A stretch of 64,000 bases of DNA from Thermoplasmata archaeon (GCA_035502455.1 DATJUI010000011.1:15951-79950), one strand, 5' to 3'. Positions 44,496 to 54,779 are shown, counted from the stretch's first letter. Numbers and translations are program-made. Notes: generated by a model from the sequence alone, not told the origin.

Positions 44496-45506
44496 CTACC
44501 GCGCCCGACCGCGCGGCCCCCCCCGCTCGACCCGCGTGCCGGCGCGGCCCTCGAGGGCCGCCGCCAGGGACGGGATGTCCGTGATGACGAACCGCGCCCC
44601 CCCACCGCGGAGGAACCCGAGGCCCGCTTCGACCTTCGGCCCCATGCTCCCCTCCGCGAACTCTCCGGCCCGGGCGAACCGCGCCAGCTCCGTCGCGGTC
44701 ACCCGGCCCAGCCACCGGGCCCGAGGGGTACCGAAGCCGACCGCGGCACCGGGCACGTCCGTCACGATCGCGAGCGTGTCGGCGCCGAGCGTCCGGGCCG
44801 CGAGCGCGGCCCCAAGGTCCTTGTCGATGACCGCCTCGACCCCCTCGAAGCGGTCGCGCCGGCGGACCACCGGGATCCCGCCCCCGCCGGTGACGACGAA
44901 GACGCAGCGTTGTCCGAGTCCGAGCCCGAGCATCGCCGCGACCGCGTCGCCCTCCAGCCATCGCCTCGGACGCGGCGACGGCACGACCCGACGCCACCCG
45001 CCGCGGGCCCGGTCCTCGCGCAGGGTCCAGCCGTTGGATCGGGTCAGTCGCCGTGCGTCGGCGGCCGTGTAGAACCGTCCGACCGGTTTCGTGGGGCGGC
45101 GGAACGCCGGGTCGTTCGCCGCGACCTCGGTGCGGCTCACGATCGGGACCACCGTTCGCGGCGGGCGCGCCCGCGCAAGGACCGCCCCGAGCTCCTGCGC
45201 GATCAGATAGCCGATCTGGCCCTCGGTCTCCGCCCCGATCACGTCCATCGGCGGGGCCGGGATCTCCGCGGCCCCCAGCTCGGCCTCCCGCAGGAGGCTC
45301 CCGACCTGGGGGCCGTTGCCGTGGGTCACGACGAGGTCGACCCCGGGCCGGACGACCGAGGCGAGCGCGCCGGCCGTCGCCCGCATCTGGCGCACCGCCT
45401 CGCGCCAAGTGCCGTGGTCGTGCGCCCGCTGGATCGCGTTCCCCCCCAGCGCGACGACGATGCGATGCGGGCGCGCCGGGAGGGGCGCCCGCGCCCGGGC
45501 GGTCAC
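44496..45506 (-). CDS. arcC: Carbamate kinase
   Basis: GTG start. N-terminal IVVALGGNA motif, THGNGPQVG motif and C-terminal GGGIPV motif. Overlaps the arcA stop as GTGA. Confidence 0.85.
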   Translation of the reverse strand: MTARARAPLPARPHRIVVALGGNAIQRAHDHGTWREAVRQMRATAGALASVVRPGVDLVVTHGNGPQVGSLLREAELGAAEIPAPPMDVIGAETEGQIGYLIAQELGAVLARARPPRTVVPIVSRTEVAANDPAFRRPTKPVGRFYTAADARRLTRSNGWTLREDRARGGWRRVVPSPRPRRWLEGDAVAAMLGLGLGQRCVFVVTGGGGIPVVRRRDRFEGVEAVIDKDLGAALAARTLGADTLAIVTDVPGAAVGFGTPRARWLGRVTATELARFARAGEFAEGSMGPKVEAGLGFLRGGGARFVITDIPSLAAALEGRAGTRVERGGPRGRAR

Positions 45507-46894
45507 GGCGAGGTCCGGCGGGTCACGCAGGTCATGCAGTGGGCGCCGCCGTATCCGCCGGTGATCTCCTGCAGCGCGAGCGGGACCACCTCGATGCTGC
45601 GGTCCCGGATGTCGGCGATGTGCGGGAAGAAGCCGCGCCCTTGGCGCAGCTCCTGCCGTTCCTTGCGCACGAGCGTCAGGAGCGCCCCGTACCGGTGCGG
45701 GTTGCGCCGCGCCGCGGTCGCGAGGCCGTTCAGCACCCGGTCGACCTCGGCCTCGACCTCCACGGCGAGGATCTTGCGGTCCCTGAGGCAGAGGAAGTTC
45801 GACGCGTAGCTCATCTGCTCGAGCGTCGAGATCGGGACCACCTCGATCTTGCGCTCGGCGAAGAACTCCCGCAGCGGCCGGCCCGCGGAGGCGCGGACGA
45901 TGCGGCCGCCCGCGCGGCGGCGGTAGACGTCGACCCGCGCACGGTCGAGCAGCGGGGCGCACCCGACCACCAGGCCCTCGCCGGGGACGTTGAGGTACGT
46001 GTCGAGGTGCATGTCGATCATCGGGTCGGGATCGTTGCCCGGGATCGCCGGGTGCGTCGGTTGGTGGACGACGGCCACGGTGTCGACGCCGAGGTCCATC
46101 CGGAGGATCTGCCGGACCCCGCTCGCGTTCGTCCGGTCGCCGTGACCCAGCAGGACGAACTCCCCCATCGGCATGAAGTCCCCGCCCTCGAAGGTCCCGG
46201 GCGACCGGACCTCGCCGGCGAACCTCGCTCCCCAGGCGCGCAGCAGCGCCCCGGTGAGCAGCGGCTCGTTGCGGCGCTGCGGCTTCGACATTCGGCCCAT
46301 CACGTAGCCGTTCGCCGACAGCCCCTGCTGGTCCCGCATGAAGTACAGGTTCGCGAGCGGCGTGTCGAGCTCCACCTTCGGCAGGATCACGCGGACGCCG
46401 GGACGGCGCGCGAGCCGGATCGACGGGCGGAGGAGGAGGATGTTGAACAGCGTCTCGCCGTCGAACGTGTCGAGGTTGCGCCGCAACGCCGCCCGGGCCG
46501 CGTCGACCATCGCCGCGGGCCCGGTGTAGCGGACGATCCGGTGGATCTCGTGCCGCACCCGCTCGACCAGCTCGGGGTGACGGCTCCCGAGCTCGATCGC
46601 GAGGTGGATCAACCGCCGGACCGTGACGCCGGACTCGCGCAGCGCGTGCTCGAGCGTCTCGTGCTCGTAGGTGGCCTCGTCGATCCGGAACGCCCGTTCG
46701 TAGAGGAACGAGTACGGCTCGAGGAGGCCGAAGAACATCTCGACCCCGGGTCGGTGGATGATCACCTCGTCGAGGCGATGCCACTCCGCCCGGGCCCGGG
46801 TCGGCCCCGAGAGCGTCGGCTCCTTCGACGCGGGCGGTCCCCGGTCGGTCCGGGAGTTGGAGACCGGGCGCGGCGGGGGTCGAGCGGACGACAT
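45503..46894 (-). CDS. arcA: Arginine deiminase
   Basis: ADI signatures FMRDQ, MHLDTYLN and C-terminal catalytic GGYGGAHCMT. Confidence 0.85.
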   Translation of the reverse strand: MSSARPPPRPVSNSRTDRGPPASKEPTLSGPTRARAEWHRLDEVIIHRPGVEMFFGLLEPYSFLYERAFRIDEATYEHETLEHALRESGVTVRRLIHLAIELGSRHPELVERVRHEIHRIVRYTGPAAMVDAARAALRRNLDTFDGETLFNILLLRPSIRLARRPGVRVILPKVELDTPLANLYFMRDQQGLSANGYVMGRMSKPQRRNEPLLTGALLRAWGARFAGEVRSPGTFEGGDFMPMGEFVLLGHGDRTNASGVRQILRMDLGVDTVAVVHQPTHPAIPGNDPDPMIDMHLDTYLNVPGEGLVVGCAPLLDRARVDVYRRRAGGRIVRASAGRPLREFFAERKIEVVPISTLEQMSYASNFLCLRDRKILAVEVEAEVDRVLNGLATAARRNPHRYGALLTLVRKERQELRQGRGFFPHIADIRDRSIEVVPLALQEITGGYGGAHCMTCVTRRTSP

Positions 46895-46910
46895 CTGCGT
46901 GCCCTCCGGC

Positions 46911-48767
46911 TCACGCGGGGTGGGCCGGGACCTCCGGTCCCGACGGGGCCTCGGCGGTGGGGGTCGGCTTCGCGTGCACGCGGAGGGCCGAGAAGTACCC
47001 CCACAGGAACATGGCGAGCCCAAAGACGACCAGGACGATCAGGTCCCACGGGATGTTGAGGAGTCCCATCGGTTCGATCGTGACGGGATAGCCGCTGGAC
47101 GGCTGGAGGAAGTTCTCGTAGATGAAGAACTGGTCGCCGACGTACGAGATCACCCCGAGTCCCGCGAGGTACGCGACGATCCAGAAGACCCCCTTCGACT
47201 CCGCGTACGTCACCCGACGGAGCAGCAGCGTCACGAAGTACGCCGGGATGCCGATGAACAGGAGCGCCGTGCCGAGGACCGGGAGCGCCGGCAGCCCGTT
47301 GAGGTAGATGCCGCCGCCGTTGATCGTCGCGCTCGACCACGGAGCGTAGACCATCACGAGCCCGAGGATCCCGAGGACCCCGGTGACGAGCCCCATTTCG
47401 ACGAGGCGGGCCACGTGCCGGAACGTGCCCGACGTGAACAGGAAGTACAGCGGCACGCCGACCAGCGTGAGGAAGACCCCCACCAGGGTCCAGGGCCACG
47501 ACGCCCAGTAGATCAGGATCGTCGCGGCCACGAACGCGACCGGGGTGAGGACCCAGGCAAGCGGCAGCCGGAACGGTCGCTCCGCACCGGGTTCGCTGCG
47601 CCGCAGCACGAGCAGGGCGAGCGACGCGGCCCCGTACGGGACGAGCGTGGTGATCGACGCGAGCAGCGCGACCGCCGGGAAGTTCGGCAGCGCGATCAGG
47701 ATCGCCCCGGTAAGCGCGCTCGCGAAGACGAGGGCGTAGACCGGCGTGCCGAAGCGCGGGCTCACCTTGGCGAGCGACTTGAAGAACAGGTTGTCCCGGG
47801 CCATCGCGAACGGCATCCGGCCCTGCAGCAGGACCCAGTCGCCGCCGGCCCCGAGCGTCGAGAGCAATGCCCCGGCGACCACCACGGTCGCGAGGATCCC
47901 GAGGCCCCAGGCGTTCGCGAGGTTGTTGAGCAGCAGGGAGCTCGTCGACGCCCAGTCGCCGGGCGTGAGCGAGAGCGCGCCCCACCGGACCCCGCCGATG
48001 AAGGCGACGGCGACGAGCGCGTAGATCGCGGTGACGATGAGCACGCTGAAGACCGTCGCCCGCGGGATCGACCGCTTCGGGTCCTTCACCTCTTCCGCGG
48101 GGATCGACGCGGCTTCGAAGCCGGTGAACGCGAAGAAGCCGAGCGACATCGCGAACGCGACCCCGGTCCATCCGAACGGGGAGAACCCGAAATCGCTGAA
48201 GTTCCCGACCCGGATCAAGAGGAGCCCGATCAGCCCGAACAGGACGAGCGGGATCACCTTCGCAAACGTGGTGACGATCGCGAAGATGCTCCCCCACTTG
48301 ATGCCGGCGATGTTGAGCAGGGTGTACCCGACGAGGAACACGAGGCCGATCAGGACGCCGAGCCAGGTGATCGATAGGACGCCCGAGCTGTTGACCGTGG
48401 TGACCGCGGGCCAGTAGGTGCCGAGGTACTCGACGAAGACGTCGATGATCGCTGCGGTCCCGATGAACGCGTAGAGGAAGTATCCCCAGCCCAACAGGAA
48501 TCCCGCGAAGTCGCCGAGCGCGCGTCGGGGGAGGGAGTAGGGACCGCCGGTGGACGGGAACGCGGCACTGAGCTCGGCGTACGGGAGCGCCAGCAGGATC
48601 ACCACGACCCCGAGCAGCGCGAGGGCGACGACCGCGGCCGGCCCGGCGACCGACCCCATCGTCGCGGCGAGGGCGAAGATGCCGCTGCCGATGATCCCGC
48701 CGACGGTGATCGACATCAGGCCGGTCATCGAGATCTCTCGCTTCAGCTTCGGAGCGTCCGCGGCCAT
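46911..48767 (-). CDS. APC-superfamily amino-acid permease, putative arginine/ornithine antiporter (ArcD-like)
   Basis: 618 aa with about 14 TM helices. APC family motifs (GSGIF, FTGFE). Located 16 nt upstream of arcA on the same strand. Confidence 0.7.
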   Translation of the reverse strand: MAADAPKLKREISMTGLMSITVGGIIGSGIFALAATMGSVAGPAAVVALALLGVVVILLALPYAELSAAFPSTGGPYSLPRRALGDFAGFLLGWGYFLYAFIGTAAIIDVFVEYLGTYWPAVTTVNSSGVLSITWLGVLIGLVFLVGYTLLNIAGIKWGSIFAIVTTFAKVIPLVLFGLIGLLLIRVGNFSDFGFSPFGWTGVAFAMSLGFFAFTGFEAASIPAEEVKDPKRSIPRATVFSVLIVTAIYALVAVAFIGGVRWGALSLTPGDWASTSSLLLNNLANAWGLGILATVVVAGALLSTLGAGGDWVLLQGRMPFAMARDNLFFKSLAKVSPRFGTPVYALVFASALTGAILIALPNFPAVALLASITTLVPYGAASLALLVLRRSEPGAERPFRLPLAWVLTPVAFVAATILIYWASWPWTLVGVFLTLVGVPLYFLFTSGTFRHVARLVEMGLVTGVLGILGLVMVYAPWSSATINGGGIYLNGLPALPVLGTALLFIGIPAYFVTLLLRRVTYAESKGVFWIVAYLAGLGVISYVGDQFFIYENFLQPSSGYPVTIEPMGLLNIPWDLIVLVVFGLAMFLWGYFSALRVHAKPTPTAEAPSGPEVPAHPA

Positions 48768-49475
48768 CGAGCAATCTCCTCGCGCCCGGAATCGCGTCAA
48801 GCTATTTAGGACCGGCATGAAATCGACTTCAGCTCGATGCGATCCCCGCGGTCTCGACCCGCCCGTCCGGTCGCGTGAGCGCGACGTCGTGCGCGGGGCG
48901 GCCCTGACGGCGCCCGGGGACCGCGAGGGCGAGGGGGACGGGGCCCGCAGGACACCGGTGGCGCGACGGTCCGCCGGCGGCCCGGCGCCCGGTCCCGCCG
49001 GGCGAGGCCGACGAGGCGCGCGGAATCGTCCGGGGGCTACGGACGGTCCGTTGCCGATGCGCGGCTTCTCCGGGGTCCCCCGGTCGCACGGGGTCGAAGA
49101 GGTCCTCGGGACTAGCACCGGGGCGGGCCGCCTCTCGGCTGTCGTGGGAGTCGCGGGGCCGCAAGGATCGACGGGGATCGCGTACGCCGGGGTCGACGTT
49201 GGATTGGGGATCGGGGCGAGTTCACCCTCCACGTACCGGACGGCCCCCGGAGTTGCGGTGTGGCCGCGCTGCGCCTCCGCGGGCACGCGCGAACCGCCGC
49301 TGCGCTCCGCCTCGTCCGGTGCGAGGCCACGACGAGCCCCGAGAGCCGTCCGAGGTTTGTCGTGCTCACCGGGAGCGGGTTCCCGTACGCCGTCGGGTTC
49401 GTCGGGGCGGAGGGTCCGTGGAACCCGACCGCGCCGTAGCGACCCGCGCCCGCGAGCCCCGGTCCGCGCGGGACG

Positions 49476-49862
49476 CTAGGTGAGCCATCGGGCGAGGGCG
49501 GCCGCCGATTCCTCGGGGCGGGCCATCAGCGATCGGACGCCCTCCAGCAACTGGCCCGGCACGAGCGGGAGGTTGAATCGTCGCGCGGCCGGCAGACGCC
49601 CGACCAACGGATCCCGGGACCCCACCACCACGAGGGCGACCCGGGGAAGCTCCCCCCGGAAGTACCGGCGCGCGGTCGTACAGAAGTACCCGCTCGCGGC
49701 GGCGATCACGACGGAGTGGCGGTGCCCGATCGACGGGAGCGGACCGTCCGCCTCGACGTCGGCCACGAACGTCGCCGGCAGTTCCGCCGCCTCGAGCAGG
49801 TCGACGATCGACCGGCCGAGGCTCGGGGTCTCCCCCACGACGAGGACGCTCCGGGGCTGCAT
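49476..49862 (-). CDS. Receiver-like (degenerate CheY-fold) single-domain protein
   Basis: 128 aa with an alternating beta/alpha pattern (VLVVGE..IVDLLEAAE..VVIAAASGY..ALVVVGS). It lacks the conserved acidic pocket residues. Low confidence. Confidence 0.35.
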   Translation of the reverse strand: MQPRSVLVVGETPSLGRSIVDLLEAAELPATFVADVEADGPLPSIGHRHSVVIAAASGYFCTTARRYFRGELPRVALVVVGSRDPLVGRLPAARRFNLPLVPGQLLEGVRSLMARPEESAAALARWLT

Positions 49863-49982
49863 CGCAGCCGAACGACCGCGGAAGGGGAGGATATGGTCGT
49901 GGTCAGGCCGGCTTGACCTCGGAGGAGCGCGCGCGCCGGCGACAGCGAGAATAGGACGTCCCGCTATCCACGGGGACCGGGG

Positions 49983-51503
49983 ATGACGTCCGCGGTGGAT
50001 CCACTGGGCAACGACGACCGCGTCGACCTGTTCGACGTGCTGCCCGTGGGGGTCGCGTTCCTCCGGGCTCCCGGCACGATCGAGTGGGCGAACCCCGCCT
50101 ACTTCGAGATCACCGGACGGGGGCGCGCGTCGCTCGGCACGGACTTTCACGATATCCGGGAGACCGATGGGACCTGGTCCGGCCCCGTCCGGGACGCGGT
50201 CGACGCGGCGCTCCGGGACGGGACCGCCGCGTCGTTCCTCTCCGTACGCGCGCGCCATCGGTCCTCACCGGGCGGCATCTACCTCGACGTCGACGTCCGC
50301 CCCTTGCCCGCGCGGGGGCAAGGGCCCGCGCGCGCCCTGCTGCTCGTCCGGGACGTCACCGACCGCGTCGAGCAGCACCGACGCTCGGTCCTGTTCTACG
50401 CCGCGTTCCGGACCTCGACCAACCCGATGCAATTGACGGACGCCGACGGGATCATGGTCGACGTGAACCCCGCGTTCGAGGCGATCTACGGCTACTCCCG
50501 GACCGAGTGCATCGGGAAGAAGCCGAACCTTGTCCGGAGCCGGCACACCCCGCCCGAGATCTACCGGCGGATGTGGGCCGACCTGACCGATCCCGCACGA
50601 GGATACTGGGCAGGGGAGCTGCTCAACCGCGATCGGAAGGGTCGCGAGCGGCCGGTCTTCCTCACGATCACGGCGATCCGGGACGAGTCGGGCACCGTGA
50701 CCCACTACCTCGGCGTCGCCGTCGATCGGTCCGAGCAGCGTAGTTGGGAGCTGCGAGCGGCCCACGCCGACAAGCTCGCGTCGGTCGGCCAGCTGGCCGC
50801 CGGGGTCGCCCACGAGATCAACACCCCGCTCGCCAACGTGATGCTGGTCGCCGAGAGCCTGCGACGGCGCACGCAGGACCCGTGGGTGCTCGCGCGGCTC
50901 GCGACGATGACCGACCAGGTCGAGGCGGCGGCCCGCATCGTGCGCAGCCTGCTCGACTTCGCGCGCCGCACCGAACCCGAGATCGTCGACCTCGATCTCG
51001 CGGACGTGGTGCGCGACTCCCTCGACTTCGTCCGGGGCAAGCAGTCCGCCGATGTCGAGATCGAGGAGAGCTACCCGGACGGGCCGGTGCCGATCTCGGC
51101 GGACCGGGGCCAGCTCATGCAGGTCTTCACGAACATCGTGAACAACGCCTTCGATGCCATGCACGGGAAGGGGCTGCTCAAGATGAGCCTGCGCCGGCAC
51201 GGGAAATGGGCCGAGCTCGAGTTCGTCGACTCCGGGCCCGGGATCCCGGTCGAGGCGCTCCCCCACATCTTCGAGCCGTTCTACACCACCAAGCCCGAGG
51301 GGGAGGGGACGGGCCTCGGCCTCGCGATCTGCCACGGTATCGTGCAGTCGCACCACGGTTCGATCACCGCGCGGAACGTGCCGGGAGCCGGTGCCGGGTT
51401 CCTCGTCGCGCTGCCGCTGCGGGGGGAGCCGGATCCCGCGCCGGTCCGCGAGCCGGAGGGCCGCCGGACCGGGACGACCCGACGGGCCGAGGGCAAAACC
51501 TAA
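49983..51503 (+). CDS. Sensor histidine kinase with two PAS domains
   Basis: Two PAS folds. HisKA H-box VAHEINTPL. HATPase N/G1/G2 boxes (NIVNNAFDA, DSGPGI, GTGLGLAI). Confidence 0.8.
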   Translation: MTSAVDPLGNDDRVDLFDVLPVGVAFLRAPGTIEWANPAYFEITGRGRASLGTDFHDIRETDGTWSGPVRDAVDAALRDGTAASFLSVRARHRSSPGGIYLDVDVRPLPARGQGPARALLLVRDVTDRVEQHRRSVLFYAAFRTSTNPMQLTDADGIMVDVNPAFEAIYGYSRTECIGKKPNLVRSRHTPPEIYRRMWADLTDPARGYWAGELLNRDRKGRERPVFLTITAIRDESGTVTHYLGVAVDRSEQRSWELRAAHADKLASVGQLAAGVAHEINTPLANVMLVAESLRRRTQDPWVLARLATMTDQVEAAARIVRSLLDFARRTEPEIVDLDLADVVRDSLDFVRGKQSADVEIEESYPDGPVPISADRGQLMQVFTNIVNNAFDAMHGKGLLKMSLRRHGKWAELEFVDSGPGIPVEALPHIFEPFYTTKPEGEGTGLGLAICHGIVQSHHGSITARNVPGAGAGFLVALPLRGEPDPAPVREPEGRRTGTTRRAEGKT

Positions 51504-51518
51504 GGCCCGCGCCACCGG

Positions 51519-52604
51519 TTGCCCGGCGTGCGCATCCTGGTGGTGGACGACGACGCGGTCTTCCGAGAGGAGCTCGGCGAGCTCCTGACCGACGAGGGCC
51601 ACTCCGTCGCGGTCGCCCCGTCGGTGCCGAAGGCCGAGGAGTTCCTCTCGGGGGCCGAGGTCGACGTCGTCCTCACCGACCTCAAGATGCCCCGGCACGG
51701 GGGTCTCGAACTGCTCCGCCTGGTGCGGGAGCGCTGGCCGCGCACCCTGGTCGTCGTCGTGACCGGGTTCGCGACCGTCGAGACCGCGATCGACGCCATG
51801 AAGCTGGGCGCGTTCGACTACGTACGGAAGCCGTTCCGGATCGAGCAGGTCCGCGAGACGCTGCAGCTCGCCGCCCAGGAACGTTCGTTCGACACCCCTT
51901 CGGAGACCCGGCGCGACCCCGTCCGGGAGGCGCGGGCGCTGGCGGAGTCGGGGAAGTACGAGGTGTTGTTCCTCGGCGCGGCGGGTCCGGAGCCGGCGCC
52001 CCACCTCTCGGTCGCCGACTTCGACCCGGCCGATCCGGCCGCCCTCGTCGAGCGGGCGGAGGCGTTCGTCCGGGACCACGCCAACGCCGCGGTCGTGGTG
52101 TCGGGCGTCGAACGGCTCCTCGCGACGCACCGGCTCGAGGACATCGTCGCCGCCCTCGACCGGTTGCGCACGGACCTCGCGGCTCACGGGCCCCTGCGGG
52201 TCGGCTTCAACCCGCGTCGGGTGACCCGATCCGCCGCGACCGCGCTCGGCGCGGCGGTCTCCGCCGACGAGACCCACGGGACCCTCGAGGCGCTCGCGAA
52301 CCCGATCCGGCGCAAGGTCCTGCAGCGGCTCGCGGACGGGCCGGCCTCGTTCGGGGAGGCGATGGCAGCCGCCGGGCTCGACGACTCCCCCAAGATGTCG
52401 TTCCACCTGCGACGGCTCACCGAGAGCGGCCTCATCCTCCACGAGGGCGAGGTCTACCGGCTCACGGGCCGGGGCGCCGCGAGCGTACGACTCCTCGCGG
52501 ACGCCGCGTTCCTCCCGCCGGTCGGCGACGACGCGAACCTCGCCTTCCCCGGGCGGCGCTCCTCGGCCGGCGACCCGAGCCCGGACGCCGCGCATCGACG
52601 GTAG
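51519..52604 (+). CDS. Response regulator: receiver domain, central domain of unknown function, C-terminal ArsR-type wHTH
   Basis: TTG start. Receiver motifs ILVVDDD, phospho-acceptor VVLTDLKMP, TGFAT..K. C-terminus ANPIRRKVLQRLADGP...MSFHLRRLTESGLI is ArsR-like. Confidence 0.75.
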   Translation: MPGVRILVVDDDAVFREELGELLTDEGHSVAVAPSVPKAEEFLSGAEVDVVLTDLKMPRHGGLELLRLVRERWPRTLVVVVTGFATVETAIDAMKLGAFDYVRKPFRIEQVRETLQLAAQERSFDTPSETRRDPVREARALAESGKYEVLFLGAAGPEPAPHLSVADFDPADPAALVERAEAFVRDHANAAVVVSGVERLLATHRLEDIVAALDRLRTDLAAHGPLRVGFNPRRVTRSAATALGAAVSADETHGTLEALANPIRRKVLQRLADGPASFGEAMAAAGLDDSPKMSFHLRRLTESGLILHEGEVYRLTGRGAASVRLLADAAFLPPVGDDANLAFPGRRSSAGDPSPDAAHRR

Positions 52605-52764
52605 CGCGCCCCCTCGCGATCCCACCCGGAAGCGGCGCGGGGCGGACCCGCGACCTCGATCCGGGGCCCGCACCGCCCCCGGGCGCCCCGGCCGTTATGC
52701 CACCCGCTCCCCTTCCGGAACCGATGGGGCCGTCGGGTCGCGGAGGGTCGGGAGGAACTGCGCG

Positions 52765-53733
52765 ATGGCGCTGATCGTCGAGTACCTCCTCGTCGCCGCC
52801 TCGCTGGGATTCGCGTTCAGCATCGGCGCGCACTACACGGGGGCGTGCATGGGCATGCCGTACGCCGCGGGCGCGATCCGGCCGGGCGCGGCGCTCCTCC
52901 TGATGGCGCCCCTCGCGTTCGTGGGCGCCGCGCTCGCGAGCGGCGGCGTGGAGGCGACGGTGGGCCACGGCATCCTCCGCGCGACGACCGTCGCGCTCGG
53001 CCTCGCCCTCGCGATCGTCGCGAGCGCGCTCGTCCTCACGAGCACCTACAACTTCGTCCGGGTGCCGACCTCGACGATCCAGATCCTCGTCTTCTCGACG
53101 GTCGGCGCCGGGCTCGCCGCGGGGGTCGGCATCGCGTGGTCGACGATCGGGACGCTCGTCGTCCTGTGGGCGATCGCGCCGTTCGCCGCGTTCGGCCTCG
53201 GCTTCCTGTTCGTCCGGCTGGCGGATCGGATCCGGGCCCCGGGTCCCCGGGCGGTCCGGCTGGGCCAGGGTGCGGTCGCCGGCCTCGTCGGGGTCGGCGC
53301 GGCGGCGTCGTTCGCGATGGGAGCGAACGACGTGGCGAACGCCTCGGGCGCGCTCGTGATGACCGGGCTGTTCGGGCTCGTCGCGGCCGGGGTGATCGGG
53401 GGGGCCGGCATCGCCGTCGGGGTGCTGACCTGGGGCCGGCCGCTCCTCAAGACGGTGGCGTTCGACGTGGTCGCGCTCTCGCCGCGCATGGCGATCAGCG
53501 CGCAGCTCGCCCAGGCGACGGTGATCCTCGTCTCGGTCGCGTTCGGGCTGTTCACGTCGATGAACCAGGCGCTCGTCGGCGCGATGATCGGGACGGGTCT
53601 AGCGCGCGGGGAGCGCACCGTCCAGTGGCGGACCGTCCGGGGGATCCTGACGGGCTGGGCGCTCGGACCGGTCTCGGGCCTCGCGCTCGGGTTCGCGCTC
53701 ACGGCCGTGCTGGTGCGGGCGGGAATCGCCTAG
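52765..53733 (+). CDS. pit: Inorganic phosphate transporter, PiT (PHO4) family
   Basis: 322-aa membrane protein with duplicated GANDVANA signature motifs (GAHYTG / GANDVANASG). Confidence 0.8.
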   Translation: MALIVEYLLVAASLGFAFSIGAHYTGACMGMPYAAGAIRPGAALLLMAPLAFVGAALASGGVEATVGHGILRATTVALGLALAIVASALVLTSTYNFVRVPTSTIQILVFSTVGAGLAAGVGIAWSTIGTLVVLWAIAPFAAFGLGFLFVRLADRIRAPGPRAVRLGQGAVAGLVGVGAAASFAMGANDVANASGALVMTGLFGLVAAGVIGGAGIAVGVLTWGRPLLKTVAFDVVALSPRMAISAQLAQATVILVSVAFGLFTSMNQALVGAMIGTGLARGERTVQWRTVRGILTGWALGPVSGLALGFALTAVLVRAGIA

Positions 53734-54779
53734 GGGACCGCCGGGCGCACTCGGCCGCCCCGCAATGCGTCGAAGGCGACGACGAGGACGCGCACCGAAC
53801 GGCGGAGCTCGGCCTCCGAGAGGACCTCCCGGTCGGTGTGGTCGAGTCGGGCGTCCCCCGGGCCATAGGCCACGCCCGGCACGTTCCAGGCCGGTCCGAC
53901 GAGGTTGAGGTCGGACGTGCCGGACTTCCGCCACAGGGTCGGGCGGCCGCCCGCGGCACGGATCCCGGCGAGCACCGCCACGGCGACCGGGTCGGTGCGG
54001 GAGCATTCGAACGGCTCGATCCGGACGACGGTCGTCAGGCGGGGCCGGCCGGGCTCGCGGGGCAGGCAGCGGAGCACGTCGGCGGTGGAGCGGCCGGGGG
54101 GAATCCGGAGGTCGAGGACGACCCGCACCGCTTCCGCGCCGGCCCGCCGACGGGTCTCGACCGCGAGCGCCTTCACGGAGAGCGTGCGGAACGGCGACTC
54201 CCCGCCCAGTCCCCCGGCCACCGTCCGCACCGCCCCGATCCAGGCGACCGCGACATCCGTGGCGGTCGGCCACGGCGAGGCGTAGTGCGTCCGGTGGCCC
54301 CGGAACTCCGCCTCGATCTGGAGCTCGCCCTTGTAGCCGATCGTCACCCCGTCCCAGCCGCTCGGTTCGCCGGCGATCACCGCGTCCGGTCGGAGCCGGG
54401 GGATCAGGTAGCGCGCGCCGCGGCTGTCCGTCTCCTCGCCGACGGCCGCGACGACCACGATCTCGCCGGGACCGTGCGAACGGGCGCCGGCCAGGAGCGC
54501 CGCCGCGATGGGGCCCTTCGCGTCGACCGCCCCGCGGCCGTGCACGCGGCCGCGCTCCCGCCGGACCGGACGCTCCCCGTCGACCGTGTCGATGTGGCCG
54601 AGGAAGACGACCCGAGGGCGCCCCGCCCCCCGGCGCGCGAGGCCGTTGCCCGCCGGATCGACGCGGGCCGCGTATCCGAGCTCCCGCGCGAGGCGGACGA
54701 ACTCCGCGACCGCGGGTGCCTCGCGGCCGGACGGGGAGTAGCGACCGACGAGCCGCGCCAGCACGGCGCCCTCATCCAC
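53730..54779 (-). CDS. lysK: M20-family deacylase, [LysW]-lysine/ornithine hydrolase LysK / ArgE-like
   Basis: M20 metal-binding motifs (GHIDTV, GAVDAKG, GEETDS). Last gene of the lysW cluster. Confidence 0.75.
   Translation of the reverse strand: MDEGAVLARLVGRYSPSGREAPAVAEFVRLARELGYAARVDPAGNGLARRGAGRPRVVFLGHIDTVDGERPVRRERGRVHGRGAVDAKGPIAAALLAGARSHGPGEIVVVAAVGEETDSRGARYLIPRLRPDAVIAGEPSGWDGVTIGYKGELQIEAEFRGHRTHYASPWPTATDVAVAWIGAVRTVAGGLGGESPFRTLSVKALAVETRRRAGAEAVRVVLDLRIPPGRSTADVLRCLPREPGRPRLTTVVRIEPFECSRTDPVAVAVLAGIRAAGGRPTLWRKSGTSDLNLVGPAWNVPGVAYGPGDARLDHTDREVLSEAELRRSVRVLVVAFDALRGGRVRPAVP

Noticed and set aside
45507-46784. N-terminal 420 aa of the 762-aa ORF that ends as carbamate kinase
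   Set aside because: Arg-rich nonsense. The real gene in this interval is arcA in another frame. Carbamate kinase starts at GTG 45506.
48768-49475. ORFs 48829-49164(-), 49112-49369(-), 49199-49483(+) in the 700-nt gap upstream of the permease
   Set aside because: All are Arg/Pro-rich with no motifs and have mutually exclusive frames. The region is more likely regulatory or non-coding, or a decayed gene (noted in the ADI finding).
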